NCBI GenBank assembly: GCA_027063065.1 | Contig: JAMOSO010000001.1 | Span: 9,128 to 73,127, forward strand | Length of the DNA stretch: 64,000 nt | Origin: Planctomycetota bacterium | GTDB taxonomy: Bacteria; Planctomycetota; JAMOSO01 | Direction: 5' to 3' | Shown: in pieces, positions 8,930 through 20,452 of the stretch | Numbering within the stretch: the stretch's first letter is position 1 | Layout of the letters: each line of letters opens with the position of its first letter | Translations under genes and position numbers: made by a program | The notes under the pieces: generated by a model | Databases searched by the model: none | Told to the model about the DNA's origin: nothing | The model's input: the letters and a program-made list of their open reading frames with translations, nothing else

Positions 8930-11015
8930 TTATATTAAAAATATTAACTTTATATACCAAACCCCATTATTGGTACCGTTAATTTTATTAGCTAGTTTAA
9001 TTTTTTTTAAAGATGCCACCAAAGACATACAATATATAGACTCACAATACGAACATCTTATATCTAACAAAGCTACTGTTGCATCTACCGAATCAATACA
9101 TCCTAAACAATTTTATAATAAAAAAACTTACAAGCATCAAGTTGTTATAACCAATCAACATAAACTAAATTATAATTTAATTTGGTATAGTCATTCACCA
9201 ACACCATTAACCTTGCCCGGATATATATTACATTATTCTGGACAATATATCCCGCTATATCCCAATGCCAATAATTTTGGGTTTAATTATCGTCAATATT
9301 TATTACGCCGTAATATTAATGCCATTGTTAAAACTAAAATAAAAAATATCCAAATACTAAAAAGAGAACCTAATATATTAGGCACTCTTGAACATATAAG
9401 GTATAAATTTCAAAACTTATTGTTTCATAAAATGCCCATCAAAGAAGCATCTGTCATCAATGCTTTGCTAACGGGCAATCGCAATTTTATTGACGAACAA
9501 ACCAAAAACATTTTTATCAATACTGGCACAGCGCATTTATTGGCAATTAGCGGATTGCACTTGGCCCTAATAGCCAGCTTACTCTATTGGTTATTAGGTT
9601 GGATATTACCATACTATAAACATCGCATACCAATTGTAATATGCGTGATTATCGTATTGATGGCATTTAGCGGCTCGCATCCGCCTGTTGTTAGAGCTGG
9701 CCTAATGGTTATATTAGTTGCCCTAGCATTTTTAGTTAAACGGCCTGTACAATTTTTTAATATTTTATGCGCCTCATTAATTATAACTTTATTAATTTGG
9801 CCTTATCAATTATTTAACACTGGACTGTACTTAAGCTATGGTGCTGTCATGGGGATTGTATTAAGTATAAATTATTATAACCCTTCATCATTTTTTGGGC
9901 GTTTAATGGTGGTCTCAACCAGTGCTTGGCTTTGGACAATGCCTATAATTTTATTTACATTTAATAGCTTTCAAATTTTTAGTCCCATTTGCAATTTAGT
10001 CATCGTGCCAATTTTTAGTGTTTTTTTAACTATTGAAATTGTATTAATTATCATTGCCCTATGCACAGGATTTACTTGGGCTTGGTATTTAATTGCCAAA
10101 GTCTGCACCTTATTTTTATTATTAGTGCATAACATTAATCATATATTGCCACCATCTATCTTTTTACCACCACCAAATGCTATATTGGTAGTTAGTTTTT
10201 TATTGGGGATTTTATTATTTTTACAGCATTATAAAAAAGGCATAATAATTAGTCTGATAAGTGTCTTAATTTACTTACCTTGGGGCTTGGGGTTTTTAAG
10301 CTCTTCAGCAAATCAAATTATATTTTTAAATGTCGGCGTAGGCGATAGCACACTATTAACCAGCAATAAAAAAATTGCTGTTATCGATTGTGGAGGGTTT
10401 AAAAATGCTACGCAAAATGCATTATTACATCGTGGCTTTACAGAAATAGAATATTTATTTTTAACCCATAGTGATATGGATCATATAAAAAATATAAAAC
10501 AATTAATGCAAAATTTTAAAATAAAAACATTAGTATTACCTAGAGCTATTTTAAAAACATCTTTAATCAAATATATTATTAAAAAATCACCAAAAACTAT
10601 TTATGTATCTGAAAATGATTTATTAAATTTTGAAAAATTTAAAATACGCATTTTAAATCCACCATATAAAATAAAGCATAAAATTACTAATAATAACGAA
10701 AACAATTATTCTATCGCCATGTTAATTAGTCATAAAAATAAACCTTTAATATTTTTAGGTGGTGATATTGAAACTAAAAGCAAAAAACGTTTATTAAATA
10801 AATACGCTTTATTATTACATAAAATTAAAATATTTAAAGCTCCTCATCACGGACGCAATTCAATACGTGATAAGTTTTTTATTCGCAAAATCAAACCAAA
10901 AAATATTATTATTAATGGAATCACCAATAAAAAAATGAATACATATTTAATAATGTTTAACCATAATAATATTATTAATACACGTTTTACTGGTGAAACT
11001 GATATAAACTTATAA
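8898..11015 (+). CDS. comEC: DNA internalisation-related competence protein ComEC/Rec2 with C-terminal metallo-beta-lactamase domain
   Basis: 705 aa. Central polytopic competence domain (GTAHLLAISGLHLAL). C-terminal MBL-like part (FLNVGVGDSTLL, LTHSDMDH, APHHG). Confidence 0.8.
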   Translation: MFNIILSKIVIYIKNINFIYQTPLLVPLILLASLIFFKDATKDIQYIDSQYEHLISNKATVASTESIHPKQFYNKKTYKHQVVITNQHKLNYNLIWYSHSPTPLTLPGYILHYSGQYIPLYPNANNFGFNYRQYLLRRNINAIVKTKIKNIQILKREPNILGTLEHIRYKFQNLLFHKMPIKEASVINALLTGNRNFIDEQTKNIFINTGTAHLLAISGLHLALIASLLYWLLGWILPYYKHRIPIVICVIIVLMAFSGSHPPVVRAGLMVILVALAFLVKRPVQFFNILCASLIITLLIWPYQLFNTGLYLSYGAVMGIVLSINYYNPSSFFGRLMVVSTSAWLWTMPIILFTFNSFQIFSPICNLVIVPIFSVFLTIEIVLIIIALCTGFTWAWYLIAKVCTLFLLLVHNINHILPPSIFLPPPNAILVVSFLLGILLFLQHYKKGIIISLISVLIYLPWGLGFLSSSANQIIFLNVGVGDSTLLTSNKKIAVIDCGGFKNATQNALLHRGFTEIEYLFLTHSDMDHIKNIKQLMQNFKIKTLVLPRAILKTSLIKYIIKKSPKTIYVSENDLLNFEKFKIRILNPPYKIKHKITNNNENNYSIAMLISHKNKPLIFLGGDIETKSKKRLLNKYALLLHKIKIFKAPHHGRNSIRDKFFIRKIKPKNIIINGITNKKMNTYLIMFNHNNIINTRFTGETDINL

Positions 11016-12137
11016 TTAATATTTATAAATTCTATCCACACGATTGCCTAGGGAACAAATAATTTCATATTCGTGGGTTTGTTTTAAACACGCCCAGTCA
11101 CTGACTGTAATCTCATCGCCCAAACATATTACCTCATCTGAGACTTTGGCGTGAGGCACATTGCTTAAATCAATTATAGTATAATCCATAGTAACTCGCC
11201 CCAATACCTTACAGGCCTTTCCATGCACCATAACATAACCCTTTTGCGATAAAGCCAATGGCAAACCATCAGCATACCCTAAAGATATTGTACCTAATCT
11301 TGTTGACTTAGTTAATGTATCACTACAGCCATAACTAATACTTGTGCCTGCTGGCAAAGTTTTAATTGCAATTAAACGTGATTTTAAAGTAATAACAGAT
11401 TGTATATTAACTCGTTGACGACCTTGCATATCATATACACCATATAAATTAATACCTGTACGCACTAAATTAAAAGGAGCTTCAATGGATTGAGATATAT
11501 TATTAATACCATCGCTATTGGCGATATGAAAATTTAAAGTAGTGCCTAATTGTTTTTTTAACCAGCCATGAATGGCACTTAAGTTTCTAATTTGTTTTTT
11601 AGAAAATTCTAAATCCTCATTGGCATTTGGAAAATGCGAATAAACACCCTCTATTTTTAAATGAGGCAATTTTAAAATTTCTTCCAACTCAATATATGCA
11701 CGTTGCCACCACAATCCCAATCGCCCCATACCTGTATCAATTAAAATCTCGCACTGTGCAGAAATACCTAACTTTAAAGCAACATCAGAAATTGCCCTTG
11801 CCGTTTCTAATGAAGATAATGGTAAAATGATATGCTTTTTAATTGCAAGTTCAATTTCATACGGAGTTACATCTCCTAATACTTGAACCCGTTTTGCATT
11901 AATTTTATATAAAGCTAACGCCTCGTTCACATTTGCCACACCAAAAGTATCTGCGCCAACCATTTGTAAAGCTTTACAAATTGGCTTCATACCCAAACCA
12001 TACGCATTAGCTTTTAAAACTGGCATCACCTGTTTAGAACCTACAAAATCCTTAATAGCTTGATAATTAGATTGAATTTTTTTTAAATCAATTTCAAGCC
12101 AAGCTCTATATGATTTATCAATAATTATTTTAGACAT
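11016..12137 (-). CDS. alr: Alanine racemase
   Basis: ORF 11016-12209; preferred start ATG 12137 (MSKIIIDKSYRAWLEIDL). VLKANAYGLG (PLP lysine) and the conserved C-terminal beta domain. Confidence 0.85.
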   Translation of the reverse strand: MSKIIIDKSYRAWLEIDLKKIQSNYQAIKDFVGSKQVMPVLKANAYGLGMKPICKALQMVGADTFGVANVNEALALYKINAKRVQVLGDVTPYEIELAIKKHIILPLSSLETARAISDVALKLGISAQCEILIDTGMGRLGLWWQRAYIELEEILKLPHLKIEGVYSHFPNANEDLEFSKKQIRNLSAIHGWLKKQLGTTLNFHIANSDGINNISQSIEAPFNLVRTGINLYGVYDMQGRQRVNIQSVITLKSRLIAIKTLPAGTSISYGCSDTLTKSTRLGTISLGYADGLPLALSQKGYVMVHGKACKVLGRVTMDYTIIDLSNVPHAKVSDEVICLGDEITVSDWACLKQTHEYEIICSLGNRVDRIYKY

Positions 12138-12219
12138 TCTAACAGTATGCGTTTTGATACTTGATATTGCAATAGCTTTAAGCCTATCTATAATACCAAT
12201 TTTACCCAAAAGAGAAAAT

Positions 12220-13488
12220 ATGCCTGAGACAATTAATATTGATGCTTTAAAAGCTGACGAAGCGAGCCTTCGCGCCCGTTACCAAAAATTTAAAAATATG
12301 GGTCTAAGGTTAGATATGACCCGTGGTAAACCAGCCCCTGAACAATTAGACTTAGCTAATGATATGATTAATATTTTAAGTGCTAAAGACTATAAAGATA
12401 TTAATGGCGTAGACTGTCGCAATTACGGTGGATTAGATGGCCTTGCAGAAGCCAAAAAATTATTTGCCGATTTTTTAGAAGTCAACACAGATGAGATTAT
12501 CATAGGTGGTAATGCCAGCTTAAATATTATGCATGATATTATAGTGCGCGCAATTACCCACGGCACTTGTGATTCTGATACACCTTGGGGTAAATTAAAT
12601 AAAATTAAATTTTTATGTCCTGCGCCAGGATATGATAGACATTTTGCTATTTGCGAACATTTTGGTATAGAAATGATTACTATTGGCTTAGAAGACAATG
12701 GCGATCCTAAAATGGATGAAGTCCAAAAATTAGTTGCCAATGACGACAGTATAAAAGGTATGTGGTTTGTGCCTAAATATGGCAACCCCACTGGCTTATC
12801 TGTTAGTGATGCCACCGTAGATAAATTAGCATCTATGCCAACGGCAGCTAAAGATTTTAGAATTATGTGGGATAATGCCTATACAGTACACCATCTAAAT
12901 GACAACCACGATAAAATCAAAAATTTATTAGAAGCTTGTAAAGCTAATGGCAATGACAATCGTGCTTTTATCATAGGCTCTACTTCTAAAGTTAGTTTTG
13001 CTGGAGCAGGTGTTTCTATGGTTGGTTGTTCGCAAGCAAATATCGCTTGGTTAAAATCACATCTATCCATACAAACCATTGGTCCTGACAAATTAAATCA
13101 ACTGCGTCATATTAAATTCTTTAAAAATATGGATGGTATAAAAGCGCATATGCAAAAACATGCGGCAATTATTAAACCCAAATTTGAAAAAGTTTTAGAA
13201 ATATTAGAAAACGAACTAGGCAAAAAAAACATTGCCAAATGGTCTAATCCAAATGGTGGTTATTTTATTAATTTTGATGTACCAAATAATTGTGCTAAAA
13301 AAGTAGTGGCAATGGCAAGTGAGGCAGGCGTTAAACTAACTGGGGCTGGGGCAACTTTTCCATATAAAAAAGACCCAAATGATTGCAACATCCGTATAGC
13401 ACCAACATTACCGTCTATTACAGAAATTGCACAAGCAATGGAAATTGTGGCAATTTGTGTTCAAATTGCCGCTATAGAAAACTTATAA
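12220..13488 (+). CDS. PLP-dependent aminotransferase, class I/II (aspartate-aminotransferase-like)
   Basis: ORF 12154-13488; preferred start ATG 12220 (MPETINID), which avoids overlapping alr. LDMTRGKPAPEQLDL and GSTSKVSFAGAGVS (PLP lysine) motifs. Confidence 0.75.
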   Translation: MPETINIDALKADEASLRARYQKFKNMGLRLDMTRGKPAPEQLDLANDMINILSAKDYKDINGVDCRNYGGLDGLAEAKKLFADFLEVNTDEIIIGGNASLNIMHDIIVRAITHGTCDSDTPWGKLNKIKFLCPAPGYDRHFAICEHFGIEMITIGLEDNGDPKMDEVQKLVANDDSIKGMWFVPKYGNPTGLSVSDATVDKLASMPTAAKDFRIMWDNAYTVHHLNDNHDKIKNLLEACKANGNDNRAFIIGSTSKVSFAGAGVSMVGCSQANIAWLKSHLSIQTIGPDKLNQLRHIKFFKNMDGIKAHMQKHAAIIKPKFEKVLEILENELGKKNIAKWSNPNGGYFINFDVPNNCAKKVVAMASEAGVKLTGAGATFPYKKDPNDCNIRIAPTLPSITEIAQAMEIVAICVQIAAIENL

Positions 13489-13495
13489 AAACTAC

Positions 13496-13528
13496 ACAAT
13501 AGCCATAGCCTTAGGTTATGGCTATTGT
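13496..13528. terminator. Hairpin terminator between convergent aminotransferase and HAD genes
   Basis: acaatagccatagcc / ggttatggctattgt arms (one G-U pair) around a 3-nt loop, followed by a T-rich tract. It starts 8 nt after the aminotransferase stop and overlaps the HAD gene stop. Confidence 0.55.
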
Positions 13529-14161
13529 TTTATTTAAAAAATCTACCAATGCTTCTTGAGTATTAAAAATATGGTGTGGGTTTGCTGATTTTAAATGATT
13601 AAAAGGTTGATATCCCCATGTTACACCTATGGCTTGAACATCAGCCTGTAAGGCATGTTTAATATCACTGGTAGCATCACCTATCATAAAAATGCTATTA
13701 GCGTTAATTGACATATCTTTTTGTAATTTTTTTAATTTATCTGCTTTATTGCCAGCTGTTTCTTCACCTAAAACTTGAGTAAAATATTTATTAATGCCTT
13801 TACGATTTAAAGTAGGTTTTACAACTGATTCATGATTGGCCGTAATAATAACTAATGTAGCTATTTTGCTTAACCTTTTTAATGTTTGTTCAATACCCGC
13901 AAATAAATCCACCTTATCTGTTGTGTTGTCCAAATAAGCCATAGTTTTATATACAAAATCTTTGTGTAAATGTTTTGGCATTTTAATTTGATGGGCTAAG
14001 GCTTCAAAACTCATTGTCGGTAAATATTGTAAATCTGTTACACAAGGCAATTTAGAGTATTTTATCTGCTCACACGCATAACAGGCAGCTTTAATATTAT
14101 GCTCGGCAGAATCTAACAAGACTCCATCGTAATCAAAGGCAACAACTGCTTGTCCAATCAT
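13511..14161 (-). CDS. HAD-superfamily hydrolase (phosphoglycolate-phosphatase-like)
   Basis: 216 aa. Motif I VAFDYDGVLLDS (DxDG) and motif IV MIGDATSD. Confidence 0.75.
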   Translation of the reverse strand: MIGQAVVAFDYDGVLLDSAEHNIKAACYACEQIKYSKLPCVTDLQYLPTMSFEALAHQIKMPKHLHKDFVYKTMAYLDNTTDKVDLFAGIEQTLKRLSKIATLVIITANHESVVKPTLNRKGINKYFTQVLGEETAGNKADKLKKLQKDMSINANSIFMIGDATSDIKHALQADVQAIGVTWGYQPFNHLKSANPHHIFNTQEALVDFLNKTIAIT

Positions 14162-14181
14162 ATATTCTCACATTTATAGAT

Positions 14182-14211
14182 AAAAAAAGCTCTGTGCATA
14201 TTACACAGAGC
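14182..14211 (-). terminator. Rho-independent terminator after gap
   Basis: Stem gctctgtg (14189-14196) / cacagagc (14204-14211). On the minus strand it is followed by a U7 run (A-run 14182-14188). It lies 38 nt after the gap stop. Confidence 0.6.
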
Positions 14212-14249
14212 CTTTGTATTTTAAAACATATAAAAATATGCGTTAATTA

Positions 14250-15254
<1,005 letters not shown>

Positions 15255-15376
15255 TTATTTTAAACAGAAAACATAAAAAATACTTAATTTTTTGAACTCA
15301 ATACTTTATAAATACCATTAAAAATGTCAAGATATTTCACCTGAATGTTTTATTTCAAACTAATTTAAAGGCCAAT

Positions 15377-16654
15377 ATGAGCACAAACACACCCAAAAAC
15401 ACACAAATATGGCTACCTTTTACTCAAATGAGTGAAATAACCAAAAATCCCCCTATCGAAATAAAAAAAGCTAAGGGCGCTTGGCTATACGACAATAATA
15501 ACAACAAATATTTAGACGCAGTTGCATCTTGGTGGGTATCCGCGCTGGGGCATAACAATCCCAAAATTGCTAAAGCCATAGGCGAACAAGCCAAAAAATT
15601 AGATCAAGTTATTTTTGCAAATTGCACCCATACAGGCGCACAAGAAGTAGCCAAAAAAGTATTAAATTTGTTGCCAAATAAATTACAAAAAGTCTTTTTT
15701 AGCGACAATGGCTCCACTGCTGTAGAAGTGAGCTTAAAACTAGCTTTACAATATCATCATCAAACTGGCAACCCACAAAAAACTAAAATTATGTCATTAA
15801 ATGATGCCTACCACGGAGACACCATAGGAGCTATGAGCGTAAGTGGCACCGAGCATTTTTTTGCACCCTACAAACCAATGTTATTTAAATCGCCAAAAAT
15901 TAAAAATTGGAATAAACTAGAACAAACAATCATTAAACACGCACACAAAACTGCTGCTATTATTGTTGAACCGCTAATTCAAGCGGCAGGCGGTATGAAA
16001 ATTTATCACATAAAACACCTGCAACAATTAGCAAAATTATGCAAAAAACACAATGTTTTAGTCATATATGATGAAATAGCCACTGGCTTTGGCAGAACAG
16101 GCACAATGTTTGCCATGGATCAAATTGGCACCTCCAATTTATACGCTCCAGATATGGTATGCCTATCCAAAGGCTTAACAGGCGGAACAGTAGCCATGTC
16201 GATTACCGCTTGTAGCAATAAAATTTATAAAGCTTTTTTGGGGCCATACTCTGCTAATAAAACGTTTTTTCATGGTCATTCGTATACCGCTAATCCAATA
16301 GCCTGTGCGGCTAGTATTGCCACATTAGACATATTTGCCAACCAAAATATAATAAAAAATATGCAAAAAAATATGCAATACTTTAATGATTGCGCACAAA
16401 AATTTGCCAAAAATTTACCTTTAAAAAACTTTCGTGCCTTAGGCTGGGTAGCCGCTTGGGACATAGATGATGTACGTAAATCACAAAAACAAAGATTAAG
16501 TCCTATAATCACAAAAACCGCACTCAAATACGGATTGCTAATTAGGCCATTAGGTAATGTGCTTTATTTTTGGCCACCAATTACATTAACTAAAACCGAA
16601 ATTGATTTTATGTTTAACACCACAAAAAAAGTGTTAAACGAAATAATGATTTAA
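15377..16654 (+). CDS. bioA: Adenosylmethionine-8-amino-7-oxononanoate aminotransferase
   Basis: 425 aa. WLPFTQM N-terminus, YDEIATGFGRTG, LSKGLTGG (PLP lysine). Confidence 0.85.
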   Translation: MSTNTPKNTQIWLPFTQMSEITKNPPIEIKKAKGAWLYDNNNNKYLDAVASWWVSALGHNNPKIAKAIGEQAKKLDQVIFANCTHTGAQEVAKKVLNLLPNKLQKVFFSDNGSTAVEVSLKLALQYHHQTGNPQKTKIMSLNDAYHGDTIGAMSVSGTEHFFAPYKPMLFKSPKIKNWNKLEQTIIKHAHKTAAIIVEPLIQAAGGMKIYHIKHLQQLAKLCKKHNVLVIYDEIATGFGRTGTMFAMDQIGTSNLYAPDMVCLSKGLTGGTVAMSITACSNKIYKAFLGPYSANKTFFHGHSYTANPIACAASIATLDIFANQNIIKNMQKNMQYFNDCAQKFAKNLPLKNFRALGWVAAWDIDDVRKSQKQRLSPIITKTALKYGLLIRPLGNVLYFWPPITLTKTEIDFMFNTTKKVLNEIMI

Positions 16655-16730
16655 TATGCAATAAAGCCTGTTAGTAATAATAAAAAACTTTATACTGCCA
16701 TTTTTATTAAAATTTAACAAAGAGAGAATT

Positions 16731-17024
16731 ATGGAAACTGTTGATGATATCACAATGAATTACGAAGAAGACGGTCTTTTAAAAGTTAAAGAACTTAAAA
16801 AAGAAGTCTTAACCAAAGGTGCATGGGCAACTGTAATGTTTACATTTCAAGAGTGGAGCAATAAAGACGAAGATTACGGCCCTGTTAAAGCTACTATTCG
16901 CCGTTATCAAAAACGAGATGGCAGTTATAGACAAAAATCTAAATTTAATATCACTAATGGCAAACAAGCTCGCCAAATTATCAAAACATTAGATAGCTGG
17001 TTTCCTGAAGAAGAAACTAACTAA
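16731..17024 (+). CDS. Small hypothetical protein (97 aa), possibly PC4/YdbC-like
   Basis: Clean ORF with an upstream aagagag SD-like element. The pattern KGAWATVMFTFQEW...IRRYQKRDGSYRQKSKFNIT resembles, from memory only, bacterial PC4/YdbC ssDNA-binding proteins. Confidence 0.5.
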   Translation: METVDDITMNYEEDGLLKVKELKKEVLTKGAWATVMFTFQEWSNKDEDYGPVKATIRRYQKRDGSYRQKSKFNITNGKQARQIIKTLDSWFPEEETN

Positions 17025-17671
17025 AACCACCAAACCCGCTTACGATATTGATTGTAAGCGGGAAAATTTTTTATTAACTTCAACTCTTCCCTGCTAGCAC
17101 GGTAAGATTGGCATAAAACAAACGTCAAAAATATAAACATATTAAAAAAACTAAAACGATATAAACCTATACCTAAAGCACCAAAAAACGAACCAATATA
17201 CATGGGATGACGCATAAACCTATAAATGCCTTTTGTTACTAACTCACGTGCCTCAGTCATAATAGAAAAACTGCGTCTAAGATAAAAAACACCGACTATT
17301 TGGATTGACAAGCCAATAATCAATAACAAAACACACAAACTTTGTAACTGTGGCTGGGTTACAGGTGCTGGCTTAAAGCTATACGGGCTCAATGCAAAAG
17401 GCAACATTGCAGTACCTAATGGGTAAATAGTCTGCCAAAAACCAACAGCCCTATCTACAGCTTTTAACCTAGTAATATAAGCAATAATAAATAGCAAAAA
17501 TTGAGTGTTTTCTAAATACCATAATAAAGGCATAGAATAACTGTGCAAATAACCGAAACGGTAATAAATCCAATAAGTAAAAAATAAGCCACCTATTATG
17601 CGCCCTATCAAATCCCACCGACTAAGCCAGTTAAATGGTATGGCCAATATATTAAATAACTTATCTAACAT
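17021..17671 (-). CDS. Membrane methyltransferase of the ICMT / phospholipid methyltransferase family
   Basis: 216 aa, polytopic. C-terminal RHPMYIGSFFGALG motif typical of isoprenylcysteine carboxyl methyltransferase-like enzymes. Confidence 0.7.
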   Translation of the reverse strand: MLDKLFNILAIPFNWLSRWDLIGRIIGGLFFTYWIYYRFGYLHSYSMPLLWYLENTQFLLFIIAYITRLKAVDRAVGFWQTIYPLGTAMLPFALSPYSFKPAPVTQPQLQSLCVLLLIIGLSIQIVGVFYLRRSFSIMTEARELVTKGIYRFMRHPMYIGSFFGALGIGLYRFSFFNMFIFLTFVLCQSYRASREELKLIKNFPAYNQYRKRVWWF

Positions 17672-17716
17672 TTTAAACGTTTAAAAGTTAAATATACCTA
17701 ACCAACCTATAGTCTA

Positions 17717-18715
17717 CTAATTTTTAATATAACGCAATACACCACCTGCAGTAGTAAAGCCTGCACCAAAAGTAGTCATAACAATATTATCCCCATGCTT
17801 TATGCGATTAGTATCAAATGCCTCACGCAGAGCAATACCCACCGAAGCACTAGAGGTATTTCCATATTTTTCTAAATTAATAAATACCTTATCACTACTT
17901 AACTTTAATTTTTTACCTACAGACTTAATAATGCGTATATTAGCTTGGTGCGGTATCAAAAGCGAAATATCATCTAAGCCTAGACCACTTTCTTCTAAAA
18001 CAGCTTTAGATATACCTGACATAGAATTGACCGCATGCTTATACACCGCTTGTCCATCCATAGTTATATATTGTAAACGTTTATCAATTACATCTTGCGA
18101 TGCTGGATTTCTGGACCCACAGCCAGGTATTTTTAATAAGTCTGCACAATTGCCATCAGAACTTAATTTAAGCCCCACCACATCAAAACCATCTTTATCA
18201 GTATCCATCTCTAATACAAATGTAGCGGCACCATCACCAAATAAAATGCAAGTATTTCTATCTGTAAAGTCAGAAAATTTAGTTAAAGTATCCACACCTA
18301 CAACCAAGGCTTTACGATATGCACCTGCTCTTAACATATTATTGGCAACCTCTAAGGCATACATCATACCACTGCAAGCAGCAGAAACATCCAAACATAC
18401 AGCAGTGGTAGGCACACCTAATTTAGCTTGCAAAATACATCCTGTAGAAGGAAACAACATATCTGGACTTGTAGTGCCAACCACAATTAAATCAATATCA
18501 TCGGCACACAACCCTGCATCATTTAATGCATTTGTCGCGCTAATCAAAGCTAAATCACTTGATGCTTGCTCTTGGCTTGATATATGCCTTTCCTGTATAC
18601 CCGTTCGGGATACAATCCACTCGTCATTTGTATCAACCATTTGTTCTAAATCTTGATTAGTAAGCACCTTATCCGGTACATAACAACCAAATCCCGTTAT
18701 TCTTGCAATTTTCAC
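17717..18715 (-). CDS. fabH: 3-oxoacyl-ACP synthase III
   Basis: 332 aa. Active-site AACSG, HQANIRI, GNTSSAS motifs (Cys-His-Asn triad context). Confidence 0.92.
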   Translation of the reverse strand: MKIARITGFGCYVPDKVLTNQDLEQMVDTNDEWIVSRTGIQERHISSQEQASSDLALISATNALNDAGLCADDIDLIVVGTTSPDMLFPSTGCILQAKLGVPTTAVCLDVSAACSGMMYALEVANNMLRAGAYRKALVVGVDTLTKFSDFTDRNTCILFGDGAATFVLEMDTDKDGFDVVGLKLSSDGNCADLLKIPGCGSRNPASQDVIDKRLQYITMDGQAVYKHAVNSMSGISKAVLEESGLGLDDISLLIPHQANIRIIKSVGKKLKLSSDKVFINLEKYGNTSSASVGIALREAFDTNRIKHGDNIVMTTFGAGFTTAGGVLRYIKN

Positions 18716-18826
18716 AGTATCTCCAGAAGCTATATTTATAACATAAAAACTATTTATAATATCACTATATCGCTAATATTTCAATTATCCTAAAAAATAT
18801 TCATCACACTTCACTTAAAATCAAAT

Positions 18827-20452
18827 TTACAAAATAGGCACCCAATAACATTGGATATTATTAGGCATAAATTGCAATAGTTTATTTAATGCTTCTGCAT
18901 TGGATATTTTAACAGCATATAAATTTGCCGATATAAATTTATCTTGCATCATTATTGGTGATTGAATAAACACATTTGCCATATTCCATACAGATCCAAT
19001 TTGATGATGAACCTTCTCGACAGAATTAGATATCAAAATATCATTTATAAAAAACAATAAAGGAAAAGACACCTCCTCAGCACATCTAAAACGCATTAAA
19101 GACAAACTAATAAAATTATAATTATCTATAAAATTAGATGTCACTGGCACAGACTTATCCACCGTAAAAACAATCTCATTGCCTGTACTAAATTGAAATA
19201 ATGATATCGAGGCTACACTACCATGTGCATTCACTAAAGTAATAGGCAACGATTTTTTAAAATTAACCATCAATGCTTTTGTATTATTTATTATCAAATC
19301 ATTATGACCATAAAAATTAGCACATTTACCATCGTGAACAGGTATTAAATGATAGCTTAATTGCTTTTGGTTTTTTTGATTAATTATATTAATAATTTTC
19401 TTATAGTCCGCTTGTAATGCCCACTTATGCTCTAATACAGAAACATTAATAAATTGATACAGCAAAATAACTAAAGATAAAGCCTCAAACACATATTTTA
19501 TCTTCCCATCTAAATTAAAAATAAAAATATATAATAAATACACAGTAATTGGCACAATATATATGTATACTCTTGCGGGTCCAAAATGCGACATAAGTGC
19601 CACAACTATAGCAACCCATAATACTCCCACAAAATAAAATGCAACAAATCTTGTTTTAACACTTATCGCACTCATTAAGACCAAAACAACTATAGGTAAA
19701 CCTATAACAGATTTAAGTATTAATATTCCATTAGTTATCAATAAAGAAAAATCCGTTACAACACTTTGTTGCTGAGCTAAAAATAAAATATGTCGATAGA
19801 AATACACTACCACTAAAATTATAAAACACGGCAAAATAACATCTAACCATTTACCTTGTTTTTGTTTAACTTCCGCTACATATATATAGCCCAAAATTGG
19901 CACAATAAACAAAAATGCAACCAATAAGGTTAACTGTGATAGTAAGGTTAATAAGCACAACACCACTGTTCTTTTATTACAGGCTTGATATGTTAATAAT
20001 AGTAAAAACAAACAGACCTCTAAAACAACATAAGAATAAGGCCTAGCCATATGAGAATAATGCACTAATATTGGTGATGTAATACAAAATAAAGCCACAC
20101 ATATAGAATAAACATTATGCTTTGTTCTGCGCCAAAAGGCATAATACATAACCAAAGGGGTAACACAACCAGCTAAAAAATTAGGAAATCTATACCAAAA
20201 CTCTTGATGGACACCTTGCATAAACCACAAACGATTAAACGCATGAGTTAAAGGTGGATAATTAGAAAAAATATCCGAAAATAATATTCCAAAAAAAGAT
20301 GAATCTGGATAGTCTTGCAATGGCCAGATTTCATCATACTCTAAGCCTCTAAACATTCCAGAAATACGCACCATAAATGATATGCACAATAACAATAAAT
20401 ATATAACAAATGTATGCTTTGTGAACAGTGTTTGAAGTTTAGCTAACATCAA
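18827..20452 (-). CDS. Polytopic membrane protein, GT-C (ArnT/PMT, GT39-like) glycosyltransferase candidate
   Basis: 541 aa. About 10 or more TM helices in the N-terminal 340 aa, with an early-loop RGLEYDEIW (DE-containing) motif, then a soluble C-terminal domain. The start overlaps the stop of the upstream Wzy_C gene. Confidence 0.5.
   Translation of the reverse strand: MMLAKLQTLFTKHTFVIYLLLLCISFMVRISGMFRGLEYDEIWPLQDYPDSSFFGILFSDIFSNYPPLTHAFNRLWFMQGVHQEFWYRFPNFLAGCVTPLVMYYAFWRRTKHNVYSICVALFCITSPILVHYSHMARPYSYVVLEVCLFLLLLTYQACNKRTVVLCLLTLLSQLTLLVAFLFIVPILGYIYVAEVKQKQGKWLDVILPCFIILVVVYFYRHILFLAQQQSVVTDFSLLITNGILILKSVIGLPIVVLVLMSAISVKTRFVAFYFVGVLWVAIVVALMSHFGPARVYIYIVPITVYLLYIFIFNLDGKIKYVFEALSLVILLYQFINVSVLEHKWALQADYKKIINIINQKNQKQLSYHLIPVHDGKCANFYGHNDLIINNTKALMVNFKKSLPITLVNAHGSVASISLFQFSTGNEIVFTVDKSVPVTSNFIDNYNFISLSLMRFRCAEEVSFPLLFFINDILISNSVEKVHHQIGSVWNMANVFIQSPIMMQDKFISANLYAVKISNAEALNKLLQFMPNNIQCYWVPIL

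Noticed and set aside
17672-17685. 14-bp palindrome tttaaacgtttaaa between the ICMT-like gene start and the fabH stop
   Set aside because: It is short and almost pure A/T, the sort of palindrome expected by chance in this composition. There is no second copy and no promoter context.
17802-18656. 284-aa ORF on the + strand, strikingly long for an AT-rich genome
   Set aside because: It lies entirely antisense to fabH, whose product has unmistakable FabH motifs. The translation is low-complexity (S/P/L/A-rich) with no motif. It is a shadow ORF in the stop-poor antisense frame of a conserved gene.
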